DNA from: an uncultured Verrucomicrobiae bacterium
GTDB taxonomy: Bacteria; Verrucomicrobiota; Verrucomicrobiia; Chthoniobacterales; UBA10450
Length of the DNA stretch: 64,000 nucleotides
Assembly: GCA_963801815.1 (NCBI GenBank)
Contig: CAWDGJ010000003.1
Location: 576,001 to 640,000 of the forward strand
Reading direction: 5' to 3'
Part shown: piece by piece, positions 1 through 9,399 of the stretch
Layout: each line of letters starts with the position of its first letter
Position numbering within the stretch: the stretch's first letter is position 1
Position numbers and translations under genes: made by a program
Notes under the pieces: model-generated
Databases searched by the model: none
Seen by the model: the letters and a program-made list of their open reading frames with translations, nothing else
Told to the model about the DNA's origin: nothing

Positions 1-32
1 CGGAGTAACAAGAACATTTGTCGGCTTCTCGG

Positions 33-2039
33 ATGAAAAACGCAGCTCATCGATCGAAGAACATTTGGCCGCGCTTGGCCATTTGCGCAGTCGTTGTCGC
101 CCTGATTTGGATCGTGTTTGACCAAACGCTTCGATTCAATTTCGTAAACTACGACGATCGCACCTACGTCTACGGCAACTCGTTAGTCTCGGCCGGACTG
201 AGCTTGAATGGATTGGGACGGGCTTTCGTTGATACGAAAACGCGCAATTGGCATCCGCTCACGATCATCTCGCACATGATCGATTGTCAGTTCTACGGCC
301 TCAACGCTGGCGGCCATCATTTCACGAATGTTTTGCTGCACTCGGTCGCAGCGCTGTTGCTGTTCGCCTGGCTGTTCAACGTTACCAACAAGTTTTGGAA
401 CGCTGCGTTCGTGACCGCAGTGTTCGCGATTCATCCGTTGCGCGTCGAATCCGTCGCCTGGATTGCGGAACGTAAGGACGTCCTGAGCGCGACCTTCTTC
501 TTTCTGACCTTGTTGGCTTACGCGCGATACCTGCGAGCGCGATCGGCCGGCCGCTATGTGACGATGTCGATCTTGTTCGCTTGCGGTCTGATGTCGAAGC
601 CGATGGTCGTGACGCTTCCGGTCATTTTGATTTTGCTCGACTACTGGCCGTTCCAACGCATCAGCGATCTGAAATCGTTGTGGCGCGGCACTGTTGAGAA
701 GCTTCCGCTGTTTGGTCTTTCGCTGGCGTCCTGCGTCATTACTTTTCTTTTGCAGGAACGATCGACCGGTTCGATTGCCCAACTGCCGTTCACTTGGCGG
801 TTGGAAAACGCTCTGGTCAGTTGCGTCACATACGTCATCCAGATTTTCTGGCCGGCTAATCTGACTGTTTTTTATCCGCATCCAGAAGACACCCTCGCGT
901 GGTGGCAAATCGCAGGCGCGGCTCTCTTTCTCATTGCGGTCACTTGGATCGCGTTCGTTTTACGGCGAACCAAACCGTATCTCGTCGTCGGCTGGCTTTG
1001 GTATCTCGTCATGCTGTTGCCGGTGATTGGAATTGTGGAGGTCGGGTTGCAAAGTCACGCGGATCGTTACACCTATTTGCCTCACGTTGGATTGTACATC
1101 GCGGTAACTTGGTTGATTGCGGAGGCGGCAACGTCCTTCCGCGTCCCCAAACTTGCCGCCGCAACCGTTGCTGCGGTCGCAATTATTGCCCTGACCGCCT
1201 GCGCGTGGAAGCAAACGACTTACTGGCGGAACAGCGAAGCGCTTTGGACCCGCGCGCTTGCGGTGACGAAGGACAACGACGTTGCGCACACGAATTATGG
1301 TATGTGGTTAATGGATCGCGGCCAGCTGGACGATGCGTTGTCTCATCTTCAAACCGCTCTCAGTATTCGCTCAGCAAGCTCGCATGCGCATTACAGTCTT
1401 AACCTCGCGCTCATTCACGGCGCCGTTGGCAATGTTCTCGCACGTAAAGGCCAACTCGATGATGCGATCTCCGAATTGCGCGAATCGTCGCGTTTGCAGC
1501 CGGCCTACCCTGATGCCCACTACAATCTCGGAACCGCCCTGTTCCAAAAAGGCGACGTCGACGGCGCGATCTCGGAATGGCGAACGACCCTGTCGCTCCA
1601 GCCCGATGATGCGGGCGCTCAGACAAGCTTGGGAAATGCGCTCGTTCAAAAGGGCGAGCTCCGCGAAGCGACGGAACATTACCAAGCCGCTTTGCGATCC
1701 GCGCCGGACTCGGTTCTTCCGCTCAACAATCTCGCCTGGATTTTGTCGACGTCCCCGGAGGCAGCTTTGAGAAATGGCGCGAGAGCGGTTGAATTGGCGA
1801 AGGAGGCGGATCGGTTGTCGCAAAACAACAATCCGATCTTTGTTCGAACACTCGCCGCGGCACTTGCCGAAGCCGGCCAGTTTGAAAACGCGATCAACAC
1901 CGCCGAAAGCGCGGCGCGACTTGCCAACGCGCAAGGACAACCGGCGCTTGCTCGGCAGCTCGCAGAGGACGCCGATTTATATCGACGCAAGTTGCCGTTG
2001 CGTGACCAAAGTCTGACGAATGCGCCAAAGAATCGTTGA
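33..2039 (+). CDS. TMTC-like GT-C membrane glycosyltransferase with C-terminal TPR repeats
   Basis: Multi-TM N-half with FVNYDD, WHPLT, FAIHPLRVESVAWIAERKDVL and ADRYTYLP motifs; TPR repeats (AHYNLGTAL, AQTSLGNAL). ATG at 33 preferred over TTG at 18. Confidence 0.8.
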   Translation: MKNAAHRSKNIWPRLAICAVVVALIWIVFDQTLRFNFVNYDDRTYVYGNSLVSAGLSLNGLGRAFVDTKTRNWHPLTIISHMIDCQFYGLNAGGHHFTNVLLHSVAALLLFAWLFNVTNKFWNAAFVTAVFAIHPLRVESVAWIAERKDVLSATFFFLTLLAYARYLRARSAGRYVTMSILFACGLMSKPMVVTLPVILILLDYWPFQRISDLKSLWRGTVEKLPLFGLSLASCVITFLLQERSTGSIAQLPFTWRLENALVSCVTYVIQIFWPANLTVFYPHPEDTLAWWQIAGAALFLIAVTWIAFVLRRTKPYLVVGWLWYLVMLLPVIGIVEVGLQSHADRYTYLPHVGLYIAVTWLIAEAATSFRVPKLAAATVAAVAIIALTACAWKQTTYWRNSEALWTRALAVTKDNDVAHTNYGMWLMDRGQLDDALSHLQTALSIRSASSHAHYSLNLALIHGAVGNVLARKGQLDDAISELRESSRLQPAYPDAHYNLGTALFQKGDVDGAISEWRTTLSLQPDDAGAQTSLGNALVQKGELREATEHYQAALRSAPDSVLPLNNLAWILSTSPEAALRNGARAVELAKEADRLSQNNNPIFVRTLAAALAEAGQFENAINTAESAARLANAQGQPALARQLAEDADLYRRKLPLRDQSLTNAPKNR

Positions 2040-3846
2040 TCGCTGGAGCGGCGTCGCCGTTTGCGCGAGCCTGATTGCGCTCGTTTGGTTCGTATTCGGC
2101 CAGACGGTCAAGTTCCCGTTCATTAACTTCGACGATCCCGAATACGTTTATGAGGTTCCCGAGATCCGCAGCGGCGTTTCACTCCACAACATCACTTGGG
2201 CGTTCACTCATTGGCCTGCCACGAACTGGTTTCCACTCAAAAACATCTCGCACATGCTGGAGTTCCAGTTCTATGGATTCAATCCCGGATTGTTTCATCT
2301 GACCAACGTGGTTCTTCACGCCACCGCGGCTGTTTTACTTTTTCTTGTGCTACGGCGAATGACTGGCGCGACTTGGCGCGCAGCATTCGTCGCTGCGGTC
2401 TTTGCGATTCATCCGTTGCGCGCGGAGTCAGTCGTGTGGATCGAGGAACGCAAAGACGTCCTCAGCGGCGTGTTCTTCATGCTGACGTTGGCCGCCTATG
2501 TCCACTACACACGCAAACCGTCAATCGGCCGCTACGTCGCAATGTCGATCTTGTTCGCTGCCGGCTTGCTCTCCAAACCAATGCTGGTCACGACGCCGGT
2601 AATTTTGCTGCTGCTCGATTATTGGTCACGGTTCGCGGGAGCGAACTCTACGGCGGGACTGCGTGAGCGCGAAGACGCGAATCGCAGTAGGGAAGCCGGC
2701 GACTCGGTTTGGGAAACCGAGAGGGTAGGAAGCGCGTGGCCGAAACTGATTCTAGAAAAGGTTCCGTTGTTCGCGCTTTCGCTCGCCGACGCGTATCTGA
2801 GCGCAGGCGGAATCGCAACCGCCCACAGCAGCGCGGATCAATTGCCGTTGGCTGCGCGAATCGCGAACGCCTTGGTCAGTTACATCGTTTATATCTGGCG
2901 AACGATCTGGCCGGCCAAACTCGGCGTTTTTTATCCGTATCCGCCAAATGGTTTGCCGGCGTGGCAACCCGTGATTGCAGCTGCGATGCTAGTCGTGATC
3001 ACGACTTTCGTTTTCGTGCTTCGAAAGTCGCGCCCCTACCTGCTCGTCGGCTGGCTTTGGTATGTCGTGATGTTGTTGCCGGTCATCGGAATCATTCAGA
3101 TCAATCTCCAGGCCCAGGCCGATCGTTACACTTATCTTCCGCAAATTGGGCTCTACCTGATGATTGGCTGGGGCGCGGCCGATCTTTTCGCAACCGTGCG
3201 ATTTCGAGCTCCAATCACCACCGCGGCTGCGGTTGCTGTAATTTTTGCGTTCTCATTCGTGGCCCGCGCGCAGGTTTCATTTTGGCGCGACAGCGAAACC
3301 CTCTGGAACCACACCATCGCCGTAACGAAGGACAATTATTTCGCACACGCGAGTCTCGCCGATCTTTTGATGCGCGGCGGACGCGTGAACGAAGCCATCG
3401 AACATTCCAAAGAAGCCCTGCGCATTCGGCCGAACGACGCCAATGCTCAAAACAATCTTGGACTCGCCTTGTTGCAAACCGGGGATAACAAGGCCGCGGC
3501 TACGCATTTGGAAAAGGCTTTAGAGATCGATCCCGGCCAGATGAACGCGGAAGTAAATCTCGCCTGGATTCTCGCAACGTCGTCTGACGATTCACTGCGC
3601 GACGGCTCCCGCGCGGTTCAACTCGTGGAAGATGTTGCCAGTCGCGCGGGTCACGCGAACGCGATCGTCCTGCGAACGCTGGCCGCCGCTTACGCGGAAA
3701 CCGGCCGCTTCAACGACGCGATTGTAACCGCGCAACACGCGATCGAAATCGCAAAGGCAACCGGCAACGAAGATTTGGTCGACGATTTGGAACGAAACGT
3801 CGCCGCCTATCGCGCGAATCGACCGATCCGCAGTGGACCTCAGTAA
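2020..3846 (+). CDS. TMTC-like GT-C/TPR protein, tandem paralog
   Basis: Same motifs (FINFDD, FAIHPLRAESVVWIEERKDVL, ADRYTYLP) with fewer TPRs; overlaps the end of the upstream paralog. Confidence 0.8.
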   Translation: MRQRIVDRWSGVAVCASLIALVWFVFGQTVKFPFINFDDPEYVYEVPEIRSGVSLHNITWAFTHWPATNWFPLKNISHMLEFQFYGFNPGLFHLTNVVLHATAAVLLFLVLRRMTGATWRAAFVAAVFAIHPLRAESVVWIEERKDVLSGVFFMLTLAAYVHYTRKPSIGRYVAMSILFAAGLLSKPMLVTTPVILLLLDYWSRFAGANSTAGLREREDANRSREAGDSVWETERVGSAWPKLILEKVPLFALSLADAYLSAGGIATAHSSADQLPLAARIANALVSYIVYIWRTIWPAKLGVFYPYPPNGLPAWQPVIAAAMLVVITTFVFVLRKSRPYLLVGWLWYVVMLLPVIGIIQINLQAQADRYTYLPQIGLYLMIGWGAADLFATVRFRAPITTAAAVAVIFAFSFVARAQVSFWRDSETLWNHTIAVTKDNYFAHASLADLLMRGGRVNEAIEHSKEALRIRPNDANAQNNLGLALLQTGDNKAAATHLEKALEIDPGQMNAEVNLAWILATSSDDSLRDGSRAVQLVEDVASRAGHANAIVLRTLAAAYAETGRFNDAIVTAQHAIEIAKATGNEDLVDDLERNVAAYRANRPIRSGPQ

Positions 3847-3979
3847 TGGACTGAAGACTGCGATCTATAAATGGAATTGGCTGACAAATTTTATATAACC
3901 CTTGTTAGGTGTTTCGAGCCCGCCCACGGTGAAATCGTTTCGCGTATACTTGCGTGAGCCGATATTGGAGCCCTCCGTT

Positions 3980-4414
3980 ATGGCCGAAGATTATGCGCCA
4001 GAACAGGTCGCGGCCCTTCGTGCTAGTTTTAGTCCGCTCGCCGAGCGCTATCGGCGTCGCCTTCGCCTCGTGGGCTACGGCATCGCCGCATTTTTCATAT
4101 TCATCATTCTCGCAGTTTTACTGCACAGGCAGGCTGCTTACATATGGATTGCAGCGGTTTGTTCATGGCTTTTCATTCTTTTCGCTGCGCCGCGCATTCC
4201 GCGCTGTCCGGCGTGTCATAACAAGATCGATCCGCCCTCAGGTGCGTTTTGTCCCGAGTGCGGCAGCCGTTCCTTGCAGCCTGGGAGGTGGTTTCAGTGG
4301 CCACACTGCGTTTCATGCGGCAAGACCTTGGGGCGGCGACCCAAAGGGGGAAGGCGCTATAGAATAAAAGCATGTACCCACTGCGGGCTAATGCTTGAGG
4401 AGCGAGGCCTTTGA
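3980..4414 (+). CDS. Two-TM protein with four CxxC motifs (double zinc ribbon-like)
   Basis: Two hydrophobic helices followed by CPAC, CPEC, CVSC, CTHC; ATG at 3980 follows GGAG. Confidence 0.6.
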   Translation: MAEDYAPEQVAALRASFSPLAERYRRRLRLVGYGIAAFFIFIILAVLLHRQAAYIWIAAVCSWLFILFAAPRIPRCPACHNKIDPPSGAFCPECGSRSLQPGRWFQWPHCVSCGKTLGRRPKGGRRYRIKACTHCGLMLEERGL

Positions 4415-4452
4415 ACCGGCACTAACCGACCGCTGGAGCCAGCAACAGAGCT

Positions 4453-5818
4453 TTACGCGATCCAGATTGTTTTTGCGTTCATGAACTCGCGGATACCAGC
4501 AGTGCCGAGCTCGCGGCCGAATCCCGGAACGTTTCACGCCGCCAAACGGCAATCGCGGGTCGGATGCGACCATGGAGTTGATGAACACCATGCCGCTTTG
4601 AAGTTCCGACGCGAAAAGTTCTTGTTCGATTTGATCGTTGGTCCATGCGCTCGCGCCCAAACCAAATGTGCTGTCGTTGGCGAGTTCGATCGCTTCCTCT
4701 GCATTTCGAACGCGCAGAACCGCCGCGACCGGGCCGAAAACTTCTTCGCGAAATGCAGGCGCATTTCTCGGAACATTGATCAGCACGGTCGGCTCGTAAA
4801 AGAATCCAGGGCCGGTTATTCGATTTCCGCCAGTTAGCAACTTCGCCCCCATCGCGATCGACCTCTGCACCTGGTCGTGAACGCCTCTCAAAATGTTCTC
4901 GGTCGCGAGGGGGCCAACCTCGATCGCTTCGTCAAACGGGTCGCCGACTTTGAGCGATCGCATTCGCTCCACAAACTGATCCAGGAACTTGTCGTAAATC
5001 TTGTCGGCAATGAAAAATCGTTTCGCAGCGATGCACGATTGCCCGGTGTTCTGCGTTCGCGCTTTGACGGCCGTCGTCACCGCGAGTTCGAAATCGGCGC
5101 TCGGCATGACGATGAACGGGTCGCTGCCGCCGAGCTCGAGCACGCTCTTCTTAATTTCGCGCGCGGCAATGCTGCTCACCGCGCTGCCGGCCTTTTCGCT
5201 TCCGGTCAGCGTGACCGCTTTGATTCGTGAATCGACAATTACTTTTTCGACTTGTTTGGCTTCAATCAAAAGCGTCTGAAAAATCCCTTCGTCGAACCCG
5301 GCACGACAAAAGAGTCGCTCGATGGCGAGGGCACATTGCGGAACGTTTCCAGCGTGTTTGAGAATTCCGACATTACCACCCATTAACGCGGGCGCGGCGA
5401 ACCGGAACACCTGCCAGAACGGAAAATTCCACGGCATGATCGCAAGCACAGGGCCCATCGGCTCGTAATGAACGTATGAACGCCCCGCGGTGGTTTGTGC
5501 CGGTTCGTCTTCCAGGAAACGCTGGGCGTTCTCGGCATAATAACGACAACCACGCGCGCACTTTTCGATCTCGGCGACGCTGTCGCGAAACAATTTCCCC
5601 ATCTCGAGCGTGATGATCCTGGCGAGCTCATCCTTTTCTTGTTCGAGTAAAGACGCCGCAGCCATCATCAGGTTGGCGCGTGTTGGAAACGGCTCGCGCC
5701 GGTGCTTTTCAAATGCCGTAGCAGCGAGTTTCAGGCGCTTTTCGATCTCGGCATCGTTGTGTGGGGAAAATTCCTTCAGCTTTTCGCCTGTAGCCGGATT
5801 AATCGACGCGATCGCCAT
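4453..5818 (-). CDS. NAD(P)-dependent succinate-semialdehyde dehydrogenase-like ALDH (3' frameshift)
   Basis: IMPWNFP, LTGSEKAG, LELGGSD, GQSCIA, EEVFGPV. Removing one base near 4523 restores SGFGRELGTAGIREFMNAKTIW with a stop at 4453. Confidence 0.85.
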
Positions 5819-5856
5819 ACATTAATTAAACGCAGCTCGAGGGCTCCGCGACTCGG

Positions 5857-5984
5857 AAAATCCCAAATCCCAAGCTCCAAATTCCAGACAAACTCAAAAC
5901 TCCAATGACCAAAGACGGGCGCTGTTTTGAAATTTGGATGATTTGAGTCTGCCTGGGATTTGGATGTTGGGATTTGGGGTTTTT
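5857..5984. repeat. Long imperfect inverted repeat built from degenerate heptamers
   Basis: Left arm aaatcccaaatcccaagctccaaattcca...; right arm ...tgggatttggatgttgggatttgggg; intergenic. Confidence 0.65.
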
Positions 5985-6004
5985 CAAAGCTTGGGCTTTG
6001 GGAT

Positions 6005-7585
6005 TTAAATTCTCAGTCCTTTTGGAATCAGAACGCGATCGAGAAGATCGAAGAACGTTTGCACTAGCAACGCCAGGATCGCCGCAGGGATCGCCCCTTG
6101 AAGAATCGTCGCGTGATCGTTCAGGTTGAGGCCGCTCAGGATCGGTTCGCCCAAACCTCCGGCGCCGATCAATGCCGCGAGCGTTGCAGTGCCGATGTTG
6201 ATCACTGCGCTGGTTTTGATGCCGGCGAGGATCGAGCGCGACGCCATCGGCAAATAGATCTGCCACAGGCGAGCGCGTGGACTTAGCCCAAGTGCGATCG
6301 CGGACTCGCGCAACGCGCGCGGAATGTCTTGCAGGCCGGTGGCAGTGTTGCGGACGATTGGAAGCAAGCCGTAGAGAAAAAGCGCTGCAATCGCGGTGCG
6401 CACGCTGATTCCAAAAAATGGCAATGGCACCAGCAGCGCCAGCAACGCGAGCGACGGAATTGTTTGCACAATTCCAGCAAACCCAAGAATCACATGTCCA
6501 ATTGCGCCGCCGCGACTTGCCCAAATGCCCAGCGGCACTCCGACCAGAATTGAGAGCAGCAACGAAAATCCCGCGAGCTCGAGATGACGGGTAGTCCAAC
6601 GCGTCAACTTGTGAGCAAAGCTTTCACCAAAGACCGACCGTGAAACTTGACCGTTTAAAACGGTCGAGTTTTCCGTCGACTCTTGAAACGATGCGAAGAA
6701 CAAATTTGCTGCCACAGTGTAGTCTTTGGTGCGCTCGGCTTCGGCGTTCAGTCGGGTCATCGTCGATTCACCGATCTTTCCTTCGAGGCCCTTCAACGAC
6801 GCAACCGCTTTGTTGTTCAACGCCAGCCGATACAAAAACACAGCGTCGTAACGCGGAAAGAATTTCTGATCGTCATCGAGAACGACCAGATCAAGCTGCG
6901 CGATCTTGGCGTCCGTGGAGTAAGCGTCCTTCACATCGATCTGGCCACTCTTCAGCGCGTCGTAACCGAGTGCGTGATCGATCCCGATGACGTTTCGTGA
7001 ATTCAATCGATACGCGACCGCCAAAGGTCGCCATCCATCTTGTCGATCCAGGAATTCATGTGTCAGACCGAATTTCAGTTCCTGATTTTTCCGCAAATCG
7101 CTGATCGAGCGGATGCCGAGCGCGTTGGCGCGATCGCGCCGCATTACCAGCGCGTAGGTATTATTGAAGCCGAGGGGTTTGGTCATGCCGACTCCGACTT
7201 TGCTTAGCTCGTCCGCGACGGAATCGACGGGCATGGGATCGCTCCGCTTCAAGATTTCCTGGACGATCGTGCCGGTGTACTCCGGATAAGCGTCGATCTG
7301 TCCGTTACGGAGCGCTTCCCATAGAATGATCGTCCCGCCCATTCCCTGACGATGTTCGGCGGAAATTCCGGCGTCGCTGAGTCGGCGTTTCGCGATTTCG
7401 CCGAGCACGTATGACTCGGTGAACTTCTTTGATCCGATCACGATCGGGTCAGCTGCTGAAGCAGAAGATTGAATTAGGAAAGCATGAACCCAGGAAAAGA
7501 TCAGTAGGCCGAACCACAGTCTCTTAAAACTTGACTGTTTAAACCGGTCAAGTTTCCGGAGGCATTTGCGCGACTGAAATTTCAT
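6005..7585 (-). CDS. Betaine-family ABC importer, fused substrate-binding domain + permease
   Basis: SBP motifs IGSKKFTES, YPEYTGT, GFNNTYAL, AYSTDA, FFPRY; permease motifs QTIPSLALL and ESAIALG (EAA loop); ATGA overlap with the ATPase. Confidence 0.85.
   Translation of the reverse strand: MKFQSRKCLRKLDRFKQSSFKRLWFGLLIFSWVHAFLIQSSASAADPIVIGSKKFTESYVLGEIAKRRLSDAGISAEHRQGMGGTIILWEALRNGQIDAYPEYTGTIVQEILKRSDPMPVDSVADELSKVGVGMTKPLGFNNTYALVMRRDRANALGIRSISDLRKNQELKFGLTHEFLDRQDGWRPLAVAYRLNSRNVIGIDHALGYDALKSGQIDVKDAYSTDAKIAQLDLVVLDDDQKFFPRYDAVFLYRLALNNKAVASLKGLEGKIGESTMTRLNAEAERTKDYTVAANLFFASFQESTENSTVLNGQVSRSVFGESFAHKLTRWTTRHLELAGFSLLLSILVGVPLGIWASRGGAIGHVILGFAGIVQTIPSLALLALLVPLPFFGISVRTAIAALFLYGLLPIVRNTATGLQDIPRALRESAIALGLSPRARLWQIYLPMASRSILAGIKTSAVINIGTATLAALIGAGGLGEPILSGLNLNDHATILQGAIPAAILALLVQTFFDLLDRVLIPKGLRI
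6643..6671. repeat. 29-bp palindrome (AACTTGA-N13-TCAAGTT family), intragenic copy 1
   Basis: aaacttgaccgtttaaaacggtcgagttt, in the SBP-permease linker. Confidence 0.75.
7527..7555. repeat. 29-bp palindrome, intragenic copy 2
   Basis: aaacttgactgtttaaaccggtcaagttt; encodes KLDRFKQSSF. Confidence 0.75.
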
Positions 7586-8385
7586 CCGATGGCGAGACTC
7601 CGTTGAGCGTTGATGAATTCGGTAACAAAATTGCTGACTGGATTTTGTTGAAGATCTTTGAGCAAGCCTTGTTGGACGATTCGACCTTCGTTCATGAGCA
7701 CGATTACGTCGCCGAGATAAGCAGCTTCAGCGAGATCATGAGTGACGAGCAGTGCGGTTTGCTTCAGACGTCCGAAGATTTCTTTTAAATCTTTTTGCAG
7801 CGCAGCGCGCACCAAGGGATCGAGCGCGCCAAGCGGCTCATCGAGCAGCAGCAGCTCGGGCGAAAGCATCAGTGCACGCATCAAACTCACGCGTTGGCGC
7901 TGGCCGCCAGAAAGCTCCAGCGGATACCGGTCGAGAAGATTTTCGGGAAAACGTGTCAGCGCGCAAAGCTCGCTTAATCGCGTTTGCATCTCGCGCTCGC
8001 TGTCAAAACTTGGCGGCTTAAAGCCGTCAAGTTTTGCTGCGGCCGATTTCGATCCGCTCACTCGGCGAAGGTTACGCGCCATCAGCAGAACGTTGCCGCG
8101 CGCGGTCAGGTGCGGAAAGAGTCCGCCTTCCTGAATCACGTAACCAACTCGGCGACGAACGGTGTCGAACTTCTCCGCCTGCAACGGCGCTCCGTCGAAC
8201 TTGATTTCGCCGTTGTCGGGTTCGAGCAGGCCAATGATGAGCCGCAGCAAAGTCGATTTGCCACAACCGCTCGGCCCGATAAGCACGGTTGTTTTTCCGC
8301 GCCCGACCGAAAGGTCGATCTCATGAACGGCGGCGGCGTCGCCGAAGGTTTTACTAACTGCTAAAAGTTGAACCAGAGCGTTCAT
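7582..8385 (-). CDS. ABC transporter ATP-binding subunit (OpuA/OsmV-like)
   Basis: Walker A GPSGCGKS, signature LSGGQRQR, Walker B LLLLDEP, H-loop VTHD. Confidence 0.9.
   Translation of the reverse strand: MNALVQLLAVSKTFGDAAAVHEIDLSVGRGKTTVLIGPSGCGKSTLLRLIIGLLEPDNGEIKFDGAPLQAEKFDTVRRRVGYVIQEGGLFPHLTARGNVLLMARNLRRVSGSKSAAAKLDGFKPPSFDSEREMQTRLSELCALTRFPENLLDRYPLELSGGQRQRVSLMRALMLSPELLLLDEPLGALDPLVRAALQKDLKEIFGRLKQTALLVTHDLAEAAYLGDVIVLMNEGRIVQQGLLKDLQQNPVSNFVTEFINAQRSLAIG
8006..8034. repeat. 29-bp palindrome, intragenic copy 3
   Basis: aaacttggcggcttaaagccgtcaagttt; encodes KLDGFKPPSF. Confidence 0.75.
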
Positions 8386-8387
8386 GT

Positions 8388-8441
8388 TGTAGCCGCAGCC
8401 CTATGGGCCGCGTGCAGGCGTCGCACAGCGACGCGGCTACA
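8388..8441. repeat. GTAG-type REP-like element
   Basis: tgtagccgcagccctatgggccg...gcggctaca; similar to 60745-60801; contains the egtD stop codon. Confidence 0.7.
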
Positions 8442-9399
8442 AGTTTGCCACAGCGAAATAAAAAACGCCAAACCACTGGTTATCGTCGGTCCAAACCCGC
8501 TGGAATTCGAACCCAGCCTGGCGCGCCAGCATGGTGAAACCGCCGATTGTGTGTTTGTAGGAATATTCAGTCAGAATTTTTTCCCCGGCGCGAAATTGAA
8601 AACTATGGTCGCCGATTCGGACAGTTTGATTGGTTTCGCTAATCAAAAAGATTTCAACACGCCCCTCGGCTGAATTGTAAATGGCGTAATGTTGCCAGTG
8701 GGCGAGATCGAAATCGCCCTCGAGCTCCCGATTGATCCGCGCGAGCAGATTCTTGTTGAACTTTGCGGTCACGCCGGCCCTGTCGTTGTAAGCGGACTCG
8801 ATGACTTGCCGATCTTTCTGGAGATCGACGCCGATCAGCAAACCTCCGTCTTCGCCAATCATCTCGACCAGACGCGAGAGAAATTCACTGGCATCATCAG
8901 GCTCGAAATTACCAATCGTGGATCCGGGAAAATAAACGACGCTGCGCGACGAGAGTTTTCTCGGCAATGGCAGCTCGAACGGCTCGATGTAATCCGCAGC
9001 GACCGGAAGAATCTGGAGATTGGGGAACATTTTCCGAAACCGCGCGGACGATTTTTCCAATTGCTCTTTCGAGATATCGATCGGGACGTAAACGGCCGGC
9101 CTTTCCAATTCTTCGAGCAGAATTCGTGTTTTTGTTCCGGCACCGGTGCCGAGGCCGATCAATTCGATTTGCGGTCCAAGGGCTTCGGCCATTTCAGCAG
9201 CGTGTGAGCGCAGGATCTCTAGTTCGGTGCGGGTAATGTAGTATTCGGACAGATTGCAGATTTGTTGAAACAACTTTGCCCCCTGTTCGTCGTAAAAGAA
9301 TTTGCACGATAGTTGTCGCGGCGACATGGAGAGGCCGGCCAGAACTTCGTCGCGAAAAATTTTCTTCGCAGCTTCGGCCGCGGTTGTATTTGGTTTCAC
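8437..9399 (-). CDS. egtD: L-histidine N-alpha-methyltransferase
   Basis: KFFYDEQGAKLF, EYYITRTE, FPGSTIGNF, AYNDRAGVTAKFN, TEYSYK; GTG at 9399 overlaps the egtB stop (GTGA). Confidence 0.9.
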   Translation of the reverse strand: MKPNTTAAEAAKKIFRDEVLAGLSMSPRQLSCKFFYDEQGAKLFQQICNLSEYYITRTELEILRSHAAEMAEALGPQIELIGLGTGAGTKTRILLEELERPAVYVPIDISKEQLEKSSARFRKMFPNLQILPVAADYIEPFELPLPRKLSSRSVVYFPGSTIGNFEPDDASEFLSRLVEMIGEDGGLLIGVDLQKDRQVIESAYNDRAGVTAKFNKNLLARINRELEGDFDLAHWQHYAIYNSAEGRVEIFLISETNQTVRIGDHSFQFRAGEKILTEYSYKHTIGGFTMLARQAGFEFQRVWTDDNQWFGVFYFAVANL

